Positions 25,501 to 38,100 of a stretch of 64,000 nt of DNA are shown piece by piece. Each line of letters opens with the position of its first letter. Within the stretch, counting starts at the first letter, position 1. The notes beneath the pieces were generated by a model. The model ran no database searches and was not told the DNA's origin. It saw nothing but the letters and a program-made list of their open reading frames with translations. The DNA is from Paragordius varius (taxonomy: Eukaryota; Animalia; Nematomorpha). The DNA lies in the NCBI GenBank assembly GCA_964247055.1, contig OZ176051.1:5642001-5706000 (forward strand), read 5' to 3'. The translations under genes and the position numbers were made by a program.

Positions 25501-26357
25501 TTAATTTAAAAAAAATCTAAATAAAATGAAATTTTTATTTTAAATATACATGTGAGGCGATAAAGTAGCGGCCCTTGCTATAATAACAACCAGGAGAAAT
25601 AGGACGCATACAAGTGAAATCAATGAAATCTAAAAAAAAGAAATTTTAAGAAATTTAAAGAAATTCTGCAATCAAAAAACAAATAAATATTTTACAATTC
25701 TAACCTTGGCTAGTTTTCCAATGTTTTTGTACAAAGACAGGGGTAACGTAACCAAAAGAGTAATAAGGAACACAATAAAAAATCGGTTTTCAATATAGGA
25801 GTAATGATCTAAACATTATTAAAATTTTACGAGTTGATAGCCTTCTAAAAACTTTGGGTATAGTATCTCCAATAATAACATTATAACTGACCATAGCTAT
25901 TGTGATGATTAAAACATAATTTACCGATAAAGGGATAAATAAACTGGATAGCGGACAAAACATAAAAGCCTATCTTCCCCAATGATGACAGGACTAAGTC
26001 CTGATAATTAGACGTCCCAGACAATTGACCTCCTTTAACCAATAAAACCAGACTGTAATCTACATGATATGATAAAGCAGAAAATACCTGAAATTAAAGC
26101 TATGATTATGAGAAGAATAATCCCCATCCCAAGTCCAGCTTTTTTAATAGCATACGGCATTCCTAATAATTTAATTTTTGATAAACCTATTATCCCAGAA
26201 CCAATTATGGAATTGATAAAATTAAAACTAACATACATTAAGTTATTTTTTTTCTTTCCCGATGAACCATTTTCTTTATCGTCGTCCTCATCAACGGCCT
26301 AATAATAAGTATAAAAATATTTACATTGACAAGGGCTTGCTTGTCCTCGCTACTCAT
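19518..26357 (-). CDS. SLC38A11: Putative sodium-coupled neutral amino acid transporter 11, 617 aa, 13 exons
   Basis: Exons (5' to 3') 26357-26325, 26298-26187, 26162-26088, 26059-25925, 25896-25831, 25808-25705, 25629-25550, 25461-25391, 23186-23025, 21582-21470, 21057-20923, 20646-20188, 19826-19518 (1854 nt, phases consistent). Motifs FNFINSIIGSGIIGMPYA, DYSLVLLVKGG, QFIYPFIAMVSYNVIIGDT, TLPLSLYK, AFMCHHNSFL, LTYPIECFVCRE, DCLGIVLEING and CSHGRDLFYC. Confidence 0.95.
22084..22107. repeat. (TA)n microsatellite
   Basis: Uninterrupted TA run of about 12 units inside an SLC38A11 intron. Confidence 0.85.
22666..22920. mobile_element. Small MITE-like element with repeated subterminal motif
   Basis: TTCAAATTCACCCT occurs twice at 22666-22700. 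The inverse AGGGTGAATTT(G/A)AA occurs twice at 22870-22901, plus a degenerate third copy at ~22909-22920. Confidence 0.6.
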
Positions 26358-27729
26358 TTAAATTACCTGTGCATAAAAACTGAGACATATGCATTATATA
26401 CCATGTGTTAAAGTTTAAATATTATTGATTTACCAATCCTGTTATACAGCTTATATAACATTCTTACCCAAATTAAATTTTTAACTTGTATCAAATTGAA
26501 ATACAATTTTATAATTATATAGTTTGCCGTCTATATAAATAAATATGTTAACACTTGGATAATATCTACAACTTCAATACAATTTGGGGTATTTTTTAAA
26601 ATATGGAATAAAACATATTGATGGCGCTAATTTTAATTATACCTTTGCTAGTTCTACCAATTTGTAACGAGGTTCTAAAGAAGCGAAATATAGTATTTTA
26701 AAATACTAACATTCGTTGAATGCTTTGGCATATTCTATACAATTTTAAATATTAAAATAAATATTTTTATGTGTAATGAAGAGTAAAATTAATTAACTTG
26801 AGTTTGTTCTTGCCGAACTATGATTTAAAACTATTATATTAGTGTGTGTGTTTTGCTACAGTCGAGGTCGATTTTTTGCAATATTGTAAATAAATTCTCC
26901 ATTTATTGCGGTTTTTAGTTTTATGCTGAGTTCTGCCAAAGTTACGTGGGTTTCCTGTTTACATAGAGAGAAATAGATAAATGGACAAGGATTCTCCTAT
27001 GCTTTTGGGTTTGGGCCTTACGAGTGATGTAAGAAAAATACCACTTTTATCGGCAAAAATTCACAAAATTCGCGCTCATTAAGCTAAATAATTTTTTTGC
27101 TGAAACTAAAGGCTTCTCCGATAAATGTCATTATCAATCTTTTTTAAAAGCAAACAATATTTTTATGACATTTTAATAATTAAGATGTGACTCCAAAAGT
27201 TGAACTTTTTTGGATAAAATTTAAATATTAGGATGGCTTCAAAACTTAAAATTTGGAGTCTAAAATGGGTTTCTAAAATAAACGAAAAAATGCCAACTTG
27301 TGCCATTAATTTTTTAATATATGCTAGATTAACACTTCGTTACCCTTTGGTATTATATCTCTAGCCATTTGAAATTTAATTATCTTAGAAAGTTTATTAG
27401 GTTAAATATGAAATTCTCTTTCTTTAGCTTTAGGGCATGACATAAAATTCTTAAAGAAAAATAAAAATTTTAAAATATTCCATCTCATTTTTCGCGGTCA
27501 TAATTTTCTTCTTAAATCTTAAATATCGCTAAATACAACAGTCAAATAAATATATTTTATGGTTAATCTATATATTATAAAAATGGAAAGTTGTGGCTTT
27601 GTGATCTGTTTCCGGAAAACCGGTAGACCCATTCAAGTCCTAATATCGAAAAAATATAATCATTAATGATAGCCCCGACAATAGATTCGCCCTTTTTGAA
27701 TTAGATTCTTCTATAAACTATTAAGAACA

Positions 27730-28720
27730 TATGGAATAAATGATGATTCCAGGTATTCCGCTACAAAGGCAAAATTTTTTATACGTCTTTTTTATATTGG
27801 CCTCTGGGTAGGGGGCTACCCGCATAAAAATGCGTCACTATATCGATACAGCATGCCTTTAAAGCCAAAGTTCAGAAAACCTATGAGACTATGTGAGTTA
27901 AATAAGGGCCTTAAATATTTATTACCCCTTAAAAAACAAATATTTTAGTATAGGGGGTTATTTCAATGAGTCGCTGAGAAAAGTTTTACGCCCTGAAAAA
28001 TTCGCCACCCTAGAACAATTTTTTGGTTTTGAAACAATATTTCCAAGAATGGGAATATATGGACATATAATTACAGATATACCCCATATAAAGACAAAAA
28101 ATTAGCCCGACGCTTTTTTATACCTGCCTCTGGGTAAGTATCCGCCAAAAACTGTGCCACTATATAGAAATTGCGTTGTTTTGAATTAATTTAAAACTTA
28201 TGCCATATGAGCTCATTTAAAGTTCGAAATATTACCCGTAACTAGGTAAAAATTAAGGTCAAACCTTTTTATTAGCCGTTAATTTGGGGCCTTTATGCCC
28301 TAAAAATAAGCCATCATATAACGATTATTTAGTGTGGTATTTTTTCGAATAACCCATGAGACGATGGTCTCAAAGATGATTCCAAATATTTTCCCTATAA
28401 AGGCAAAAAATTTAACTTAGCACTTTTTCCATATAGGACTATGGGTAGGGGTCTACATTTTTAAACCTGAGACGCCATACAAAAATGGCGTTTTGGAGTT
28501 AATTTTCAAAAAACATAACATACAAGTTCAATAAAGGCTTTAAATATTATCCATAAAAAGATAATAATTAAAGTAAAGTGGTTTTTTCCGTTAGCCGTCA
28601 ATTTGGGTTTACACCAGTAAACAATATATTAGTATGAATGCACCGTATTGAAAATCCTATGAGATCATAGCTATTAAATAATGTTTCGAAATAATCAACA
28701 TATATGGATCATTTTATTGT
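27730..28720. repeat. About three diverged ~320-bp tandem units, probably internal repeats of a non-autonomous DNA element
   Basis: Recurring motifs at ~320-nt spacing: GATGATTCCA..TAT..C.CTA.AAAGGCAAAA (27742, ~28073, 28375) and GCCTCTGGGTA/GACTATGGGTA (27801, 28126, 28437). Confidence 0.5.
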
Positions 28721-30495
28721 CCCTTTTTTCAAATAGCCCTCCAGAAGTCCGAAGGACTTCCTCGGGCTGCGTAGCACGAGATTTACGCTAGTAAATAAAT
28801 AATCTATGAAAAACATTCAAATTACAATTTACCACGAATTTTCGTTATATAACTTATATGTCACCTCTTCGTTTTAATCGTGGTTTGGAGCTTTCTGAAT
28901 TAAGGACTTTAGAAGTTAAAAAACGTAAAAATGTTACCATTGGAGAATACGGTTTGATAATTAAATTTAAAAAAAACTTACATATCAGTTGTATATATTG
29001 CTGGATTAGAAAATTACCCAATCGTCTAAATAAAAAAGTATTGAAGTGCTGAGACATAAAAAACAATATTTAACAACTGCATACTTCGCTTTGATATTTA
29101 ATTTTTAGTCTGAAGGGTATTTTGAGGTATTTTTGAATTGCAAAAAACGGTAGTACTTTAGGAAGATATAAGACTTTTCTATTCGATTATGCTTCACATT
29201 TTACCTTGACTAAAACTTGTGTTTGACCTTAAATTGTTGACCAAAGACAATTTTTGAATACTAACGAATTTTATCCAAAATATTGTAGCGTTGGATTATA
29301 TAAATGAAGTGTTTTAATAATATGTTCCAACATGCTTCAAAATATCATCGAATACGCTTCTCCATTCTTAAAATTCAAATTTAACCGAATTCTGCATTTT
29401 AAAAATAACTCTTTTTGATTAATTTATTTTATATTATAGAATCTTGTCTCGCAATCTCAGTATGCTCTGATTTCAGGAAACAGCCCTTAAAGGCGTACAG
29501 TTTCGGAGATCACAATTGAAACATAAAACTAATATCATTGTTATTTTTCCGGAATGAATCATTTAGCTTTCACCAAATTTTTTTTTATATAGCATAAAGG
29601 CAAATTTTGCGATTTTAAGTTATGGAAGAATTTCCAAAAAGTGTCAATAACTTTCTTAATTTATTCGAAACCAGGAGCAGCATTAAAATCCTGATTCCTT
29701 CTTCGATCAGGACTCAGGATATTTTTGTGTGCGATGTGTACATTATATAAAAGTAAAATTTTTAAAGTTTTGTAATAAAATTAATAAGACACCAATATAT
29801 TTTAAAACAAACATATAATTATTAAAATCAATAATTATCAAATATTTAGTAGCAAAAGTCATCAAAACCATTTATTTTATTTCTCAAGTTTTTATAGCAT
29901 TTCAATAAAAAATCTACAAATATTTATGGAGTTAATTTAGAGGTAAGGTTTTTTTCGTTTTATCATATTAAATAAGATTCTTTGTATAATGCGCCTAAAA
30001 AGCCATTGAATGTAATTTTTAAATCTGAATAATTTTTAATTGTTTTGAAAACTACTCCAAAAGATAATAGGCGTTACAAAGAGAAAATTAAAATGTTAAA
30101 TGGCAAATATTAAAATTATAGGAATTTACAAATCTAAGTTTAGTTTGTTCGTTCTTTCGTAAATTAATTTGTTTAATAAGAAAAAAAGATTATTTAATCG
30201 TAAATTGTTATTGATGGATTATCTCTTACATAGATGTTTTTATAAGGTAAATTTGTGTCGATAAATAATAAATTGAAAATGGAGACTACCATTTGCATTA
30301 AGGTTTAAAATAAAATCAGTTATCAACTGAAATTTACTGAGACAAGTTCGCTTATTTTCGAACTGTAAAATTAACCTTATCAACACCTATATATTTTTAT
30401 TTTTTATATCACAAATAATGTGTAAATTTGCCAAATTAACTCATATTCCAAATTTTTTCAACGCTTTATTACCTTCATTTTTTTGCCCTAGTTTA

Positions 30496-30942
30496 CCTTT
30501 TGGGGTAGTTTTATATCACAGAGTTCAATTTCGTAAATAAACTATAGTTTTGAAAGTTTTAGTTAAAATTTAATTATTAAACTTCACATGTTATAGATAA
30601 AATATGTTTTTCACAGTTTTGTAATTGGAACAGCCCCTTATCACGAAATCGAAATATATCAGATTTTTGCTGGTAAAATGTAGAGAAAGCTTTTTATTAA
30701 TAAATTACATCTTTTAAAATATAGATCACATACATTTGCCTTTTGCATTAGCTTAAAAAAAATTTAAAAAAAAATGGCGGCAAAAAAGTTTGAGATGAAG
30801 GTTTTTTTACTATTTTACATTTTTTTAAAAAAAATTTTTTTTTTAATGCACTTAAAAGGCTAAAGAAAGCATATTCTTTAATTAGTCGTAATACCTTAAA
30901 TACTTTTTAAAAGATTCATGTGATAAAAAAACTGCCCCAAAA
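30496..30942 (-). mobile_element. MITE-like family, copy B
   Basis: Begins TACCTTTTGGGGTAGTTTTATATC and ends AACTGCCCCAAAA. Internal AAAAGGCTAAAGAAAGCATATT is the reverse complement of the family motif. Confidence 0.6.
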
Positions 30943-31052
30943 TATAATGGACTGTTAATAATTTTGATAAAATATCACAAATTTGGTTTTTATTTATTGA
31001 TCTTCGCTTTTTTATAGACATATAATAATAAAAATATTGTTTTTATTTACTA

Positions 31053-33519
31053 CTATTCTATTTGTTTCTTGCTGGAACAATATTGACGTAATTTCAGTGT
31101 TAAATCATATAAGGGTATTCGATATTGTTTCACAAAATTTCCATAAGATATCATTTTTACAGTTTTTATAGTTTCTTGGGCTGAGCCCTTGTATAAAATT
31201 TTGACAAAGTAATTAAAATGTGAATCGGCCCAAAGTTCAAAAATTATTAGGCTAGCATAATCAGGTTTATGACTAAACTCGATATTAAGGTATGTTAGCA
31301 GAGCGTATATGGTAATATCGTGACCCATATAAAAATTGAGTAATACAGAATCATACGTATTACTCATATTAACTTTGAAATTTTTACATTCAAATTTCTT
31401 GGAAATAGAATTCGGGCATAAAGAAAATAATTTAAAATTGTTTGCAAAGTCCTGTGTAGTATTGGGCGCTAGAGATTTGAACAAACCTATTTTACGTTCC
31501 ATATCCCGTATTATATGGTTTACAAATAGTCCAACGGCCAATCTTTGTACTTCCTTATCATATTTCAATGCATTGATACCAATTAAATCAGCATACTGCT
31601 TAATTAGAGATATTATACGGGGAACACCGACTTTGGTGTTATTCATTTCAATACCGATCGATTTTTCCCCATTAAACCAAAATCCTTGAGTCCATTCAGG
31701 CAAAAAAGTAGAGTTTTCTGCGTCATCACAAGCCAATGGATCTTCCACACGCGTACCCTCTTTTGCCATATCGGCAAAACTGATTCCCGTATGCTCGGAA
31801 ACGTATTGCATAAACTTGGGGTGAGCCTTATAAAAGCGCAAGGAGCTAGAATTAGGGTTCGTTATGGACATCATAATACGTTGTTTGATAGGTTCACATT
31901 GATAATAATTGTACACGGTGAATGGTAAATCGATGGAGTGGGATCCTTTTGGATTTGCACTCAAGTACTGGGGATCCGGAATCAACTTTAAATAATTTTT
32001 TGCCCAGGTCGAATTTAAATAACTATTCCCTGTCTCAATTATTTTAAGTAGTTCGGCATTTGTAAGCAATTCTTTGGAACCCTGATGTTTGCTAAAAAAT
32101 CCGTCATAAAAAGCATGACCGCTACTTATAGTTCGACTTCGGTTACTAGACCACATTTGAATTAGCCTGCTTAAAGGATTATTTAGGGTAGAATATGAAT
32201 TATTATTTTTGCAATTTACATTGTAAATAGCGGATTCTATCATCTTGGTCCATGGTAAAAAAGGATAACACTGATTGTCAGATTCGATGTATTTTTCACA
32301 ATAATTACCGAAGTACCGTTGGAACATTTCTTTGCCTAATTCAAACATTTGTGAAACTCCCTTAGTTGTGAGGTGAGAAAACCCGAAAGGATAGCGTTCT
32401 GGACGCAAAACATATCTAGGGTAAAGGTAATGTTCGTTGGGAGCTCTAGCTCCATGCCTTGCTAAACCATAAACAGCTATGAGAGATTCATCCACAAATC
32501 GAGAATCTGTGCAAATTATATTGTGGAAATTTAATTTATGAAATCATTTAATTTAAAAAGCTTTTTCTATTTCATGGTAATTTTAAACTTAGGCACCCTT
32601 TTTGTTTTTTCATGCGGGGCTTGGGGCTTAGGAATATTTAATATCCATATATCCACTGTTGTTAAAAGGTCCAATTTTATTAATTATAGATTCCAAATTT
32701 ACAAATATATATAATGTACTGTAAATTCCGTCATATAACAAAACTAAAATTAAATTTAAATCTGAATAAAATAAAAGAATATCTTTAAACAATATGTAAA
32801 GCCCCTTTGTAATAATCGCAGATGTCAGCATTCTTCAATAGGGTTTATTATTGGGTATTGGCAATAATGGATTTTGTATATACAGTGAACCGACCCTACG
32901 ATGACCCTTCTTATAATAATAAATCTCTTAAAACAGTCAGCGCTTATACAATATTTAACTCATGAACATGTATTTATCGAATTCGCGGGATTAGTTATAT
33001 CGCTTACTTTGTGGGGGTTTCGGGACTCATTATGCAGAAACCAAAACAAAAATAAAATTTGACTGTTTTTTAAAATTTTATTAATAGTATATGAAGTTTA
33101 TATATCTTTAGAAGAATGAATATAATTAATAATTAATTTTACAATCATAATTTTAATGCACCAAAAAAGGGTTATGCTACGCATATTAAGCGATGTATTT
33201 TTTCGAATAATTGGGTTATTATGAGGGTAGACCATTATCCAAATGTAATTAAAATCTACATATAAATTTAAGCCGAATTTAACTTATAATTCCAAGCTGA
33301 AAACCCATAAAAAACCTTTTAATAAATGAAAAAACAAGCTATAAGAAATATAATAACAATTTATATTTGTAAAAGAATATCAGTATTTTCACCTGAACAT
33401 GGTTGAGCAGACCCAGATATGTTTGAGAGACTTGGATTGATTTCACCATCGATATGTGTAAAGAGTAGTTGAAAAATTATGATTAAATAAGAATTTAATA
33501 AATATTTTTGTTTACACAT
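31053..33519 (-). CDS. Secreted histidine acid phosphatase (branch 2; prostatic/lysosomal acid phosphatase-like), ~526 aa, 2 exons
   Basis: Exon 1, 33519-33393, encodes a signal peptide (MCKQKYLLNSYLIIIFQLLFTHIDG...) and ends at a phase-1 GT. Exon 2, 32506-31053, starts at a phase-1 CAG. Catalytic motifs RHGARAP, SSNRSRT and GHD are present, plus PDYASLIIFELW. No C-terminal TM segment. Confidence 0.9.
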
Positions 33520-33821
33520 AAATTAATTTAGATAAAAGGTTATTTATTGTAGGCAAATAATATAATACTAAAATAAAACATTAATCTATAAAAATAATAA
33601 AACCATATGTCAATACATATATTTTATTTATGATCTGGCAATTTTTTTATCTCTTTTTACGCATCAAGGCATATTTTAATATCAGTGATTGTTATTGTTT
33701 TATGAGCGTATACTTACTATTTACGTTTCATCTTCTAACCTTTAAAAACCTATAAATACCTTATAAAAATTTGACAATGTATAACAAAGTTCAACAAGTA
33801 TTTCCAACGTGTGAGGTAAAA

Positions 33822-34122
33822 CAGGGGGTCTTTAACACAAATGGCTCTGCGGGCCGCATCTTTTGACTCAAAAAACGGCGGGTCACATTCAAATATGGGC
33901 GCATATATAGTTATTTCTCATACATATGACTATAAAAAACAACTAAGTCATCATAAACTAGTATTAATATCACCAATTTTTGCTTCTGAAATTTGAAAAG
34001 ACTATAGAGAAAATTTGTGGAATCATTACTAAGACTTTAATTATAAATTGGTTTTTTTTGCAATTTTCCTAAATTTAGCTTGCCGCCATACTATCTAGGA
34101 GGGTCTCATGTTGAACAACTTG
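33822..34122 (+). mobile_element. Degenerate hAT-type MITE related to the element ending at 708
   Basis: Left end CAGGGGGTCTTTAACACAAATGGCTCTGCGGGCCGCA shares ACACAAATGGCT with the reverse complement of the 708 terminus. Degenerate right end CATGTTGAACAACTTG. GGTAAAA occurs on both sides. Confidence 0.45.
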
Positions 34123-34163
34123 GTAAAATTTAGTTAAAATTAAAAATTAATAACACTCCATAA

Positions 34164-34330
34164 CACCTTTATGGGGTAGTTTTATATCCCAGAGCTATTT
34201 GAAATTTGAATATCTTAAAAAGGATTTAATAAAGTACGAAATTAAAAATATGCTTTCTTATTCGCTTCATACAAATCATTAAAAAAATGTATTGTTCTGA
34301 ACTTTTTCGCTGCTATATTTTTCTATTACG
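34164..34330 (+). mobile_element. MITE-like family, truncated copy C
   Basis: ACCTTTATGGGGTAGTTTTATATCCCAG followed by TTTGAAATTTGAATATCTT and AATATGCTTTCTT, as in the other copies. Confidence 0.55.
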
Positions 34331-35173
34331 CATTCAGATTCGAATTCAAAATTTTACAATGATCTTCAGGACATTATGCACATATCGGAACACACCAGGG
34401 TTATCTGTGCCACAACGGGAGCCATAAACTCTCAGTAACCTTTCTGGGGATGATACGTCTCGACATCACAGTATATATCGCAGAATTTAAATCTATTCCG
34501 ATCTTACAACCTTGAATGCCTTTGCATTAGATAGAGATGTAAGGATGTATGCGGATATTGTATACAACACCTTATCATGGATATGAAGGATAAGTTAAAT
34601 TAGTATAAATTGAACACATTTGTGGATAATGTTGACAATGGCTTTAACACAGATTAGATAAAAAGTCCAGGAAACTGTTTTTGTTTTTCAGGGTCATTAA
34701 ATACAAAAGCTCTGTCCGAGCATTAGTCGAAAATGTTAAGAAAAATACTTTCGAGGAATTTCAAAATATTGGATAACAATTTTGCACTTTTTACCCCAAA
34801 CTTAAAAACTTTTGTCCATTGAAATAACCATTATAATTATATTGCTTTAATTTTTTATTTGATATATCTTTTTTTGATGGTCATGTAACTCGAGAACAAA
34901 AAAGCGGTTTTATATTAATTAATAAATTATATAAAAGCATACTTGGTTTTTAGAAAGGTATAGAATAAAAAGCAATATTTTTTAAACTTTAATAGCCTAA
35001 AGAATTTAATTTTTGTTTTTTTTTTACATTTTTAAGGCGAAATTATATGTGTCATTTGCCTCATAAAATTGGATAGAAGATGCGAAAAATGTTATTTCCA
35101 ACACCATTTTTAAATTTAATGTACATCTCCTAGTGCTTAAATGAAAATATAGCTTACCTTTTTCGCGTAGCAA

Positions 35174-38100
35174 ATGAAAATATATTCAGCTAATCATTAC
35201 AATGTTTTTGACGAAGAATTTTACCTTGAACCAAAACCGGATTATGATTCCATTAACCGAATGGGTAAACGTCAAATGATACCACACGGTAAACAAGGTT
35301 TTGATAGCACCCAAGAAGATTTAAGCAAAAACTTTTCTTTTATACACCGATCGCGGCAAAAAACTCATTTAAATACTACTTCTACTTTAGTTGATACAAA
35401 TGTTAGTTATGAACCATATCCTTCAAATGCTTTTCTTATAGATAGTAAGAACGATAATAATCGCCTAATGTTAAAAGATGCAGATAGGAAACCGGACAAA
35501 GCTGATAAAAATGACACAGCGCTTGTTAAACGGTCCTTTGGACAATTGAATAATCTCAAATCTTTCAGTAACTTTGCATATGATGGAAATGGTGAAAATA
35601 GCTTCCATCCCGATTTTACATTCCATAAAAATAATGGGATGAACGGGGTATTCAAAACCGATAATAAGCAAAATAATATGAATAAAAGAAAAGGGGCGAT
35701 ATTTAATGACGGATCAAAATTCCTCCACCTAACGAAAAAACAAATAGTAACTATTGCGGTTTTATGGCTACATTTAAGTTTAATCTGTCTGATTTGTAGA
35801 TTTGGTCTTGTAATGTTGGGTGGAACGTATTTCCCCTACCTTACTAATAACTCAAAAAATATAAAAAGTTTTACCAATGAAACCCAACTTCAAACAGATG
35901 CAATCAAAAGTAAAACACACATGAGCAATGCATATATCAGAGCCGGTCCTTTAGGTTTTTGTACAAGCGGTTTATCTAATGAACATGCAACTTACCTCAA
36001 GCTAATCAATTATCTCAATCACGGGGATAATATAGAGAATGTAATACATTGCGTTGATTATTTTAATTCTAAATCGGTTGCACGTATCAACAGGGACCAT
36101 GCTAAAATACCTGAAATTAAATTAAAATTGGGCGAAAATCAATTGATACCCTACGATGAAAGGGTCCAGATTTTATACTCTTATCGAAAATTTCAATCAA
36201 ATATATTTGATCTGGATAGAGCTACCTACAACACGTATAATAATAACAAAAACTTGGATAAAAGGACCTTTATGACCTGGTTAAAACAGTATATGATTTT
36301 GTGGACACAGAAAACCATAAATAGCATGATGGCCAATTCGACGCCAAAAAACATCCTGCTTGTTTATAACATGACCCATTTCATAATAACTCAACTTCCC
36401 ATGTATACCATAATGATTCAAACAGTTTTAATAATTTGTTTAATCATTTTTCTCTTATTATATTGTTTTTCGAAAAAATTCCCATGTTCTCATCAAGCAC
36501 ATATTCAACCGTTGAAAACGTTGAATGAAAATGGCCATAAAAAATTTACAAAGTATCATAAATCAGAAATGAAAGTAGTTATACTGTTTCTCAAATTATA
36601 TGCTGCGCTTTACATAACAATAGGTATAAATATTTTTACCATTATTTTTGTTTACAAAGTTATAATGATTCTTTTGACACAAATAAGTGTTAATTTGGTT
36701 TTTGGCTATATTAAAATTGACTTTTAATAAATGAAATAGATAATTATACATAAGTACTATTAGTTAATAATTTTTATCAATCTAATCCAAAAATGGCTAC
36801 TACGATATTTATGTTTCGACGGACTATAGTCCGGTTTATTTTGTTAAGTCATTTGCCGCACCTAGTGGTCGAAATTGGCAGAAATGGATAATTTTTAAGA
36901 ATCCTTTTTAATGAAAGTTGCAAACTTAATTTATTCTAAGCACATTAAAATTAAATTCACTAGTCTAAACCTAAAGGTATGATGAAAAAATTGCGCTGTT
37001 ATGAGATTTGTACCCTTATATGCAATCCCGCATATTTACGAGTCTTGTGGTTTAATCACCATACCATCACGCTTTTAGAAAGGGATACATTTATGATTTA
37101 ATTTATATTGCTCGTTTTTAAATATTTTTATAGGTATTTAGAAATGGCTAGATATAATGTTTGAAATAGTGTTTAGATATACTAGGCCATTAGTATTATA
37201 AGATAATTGAGACCCTTTTTAAAATACGGCACGGCACAGATGTAAGAACCGACAAAAATTTCTAATTATAATTTTAAAGACTTGTTAGATTGTTTTAGTT
37301 TAAGTAATGATCATAAGGATTTAGCATTCAAAATAACACGGTATTTGCGCCTGTCGTTTAATGACAGTTTATTGATTTCTTTAAATGGATTGATTTGATA
37401 AAATTTATGTTTTATGGTATGAACAGGAATAGCGAATTTAATATCAATTGTCCTATACCCGTTACGTTTAATGGAACCCGACATACGTATTGTATGTAAT
37501 CGACAACTTAAACCATTTACACCAAACACCTATTTATCGTGTAAACTTGTGCAAGGTTATTATTTTACGATTCTGTTAACATTGATGGAATTGACTTTGG
37601 GAACTTGTCTTGCAGTTTTATCCAATAAAGTTCCAAAAACGATTGAAGCAACAAAGTTTCGGTTAGAAACCAAGTATAAAGGTAAAATATTGACAATATA
37701 TAAAAAATATTTGCAAGTTTAAATTACCCATAATTGGTATGTTTAGTTAATTATATTTAAAAATTTGCTCAATAATTTGCGGTGCAAAATAATTCTTATA
37801 TTAGATAATGATTGAATTTTACAGGACTTTAAAGTCACTTGATGTCAAAGTGATAATTGTATTTTACAAGCGCAAAGAAGCACGATTTATTTTGTTTAAA
37901 TAATTTTATTCTTAAACACCCTAGCGTTTAAAACTGTAGCTATGAAATACAGGATGTTTTTTAGCATATAGGAATCATCTGATGCTCTAAAAAACATTTA
38001 TCACACGATCATAATATATTCGTTTTCAGATGTTATCACCCCATTATGTTTTTGGGTTGTTTTATATCCCAGAACGATTTGAAATTTTAATATCTTAAAA

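Noticed and set aside
28850-29400. Possible CR1/L2-type RT relic (GLIIKF..CWIRKLPNR; EDIRLFYSI; IIEYASP)
   Set aside because: Only weak, scattered motif resemblance with no clear QG or YADD motif; too degraded to call.
31336-31928. Plus-strand ORFs of 117 and 80 aa; similar cases at 26069-26302, 35407-35671 and 42508-42861
   Set aside because: Antisense or alternate-frame shadows of real coding exons.
32628-32831. 67-aa hydrophobic ORF as first exon of the phosphatase
   Set aside because: Exon 33519-33393 gives a cleaner signal peptide and a matching phase-1 donor.
34360-34590. GC-richer patch between the phosphatase and LHFPL-like genes
   Set aside because: All six frames are short and no motif was recognised. 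Possibly an old TE fragment or UTR exon.
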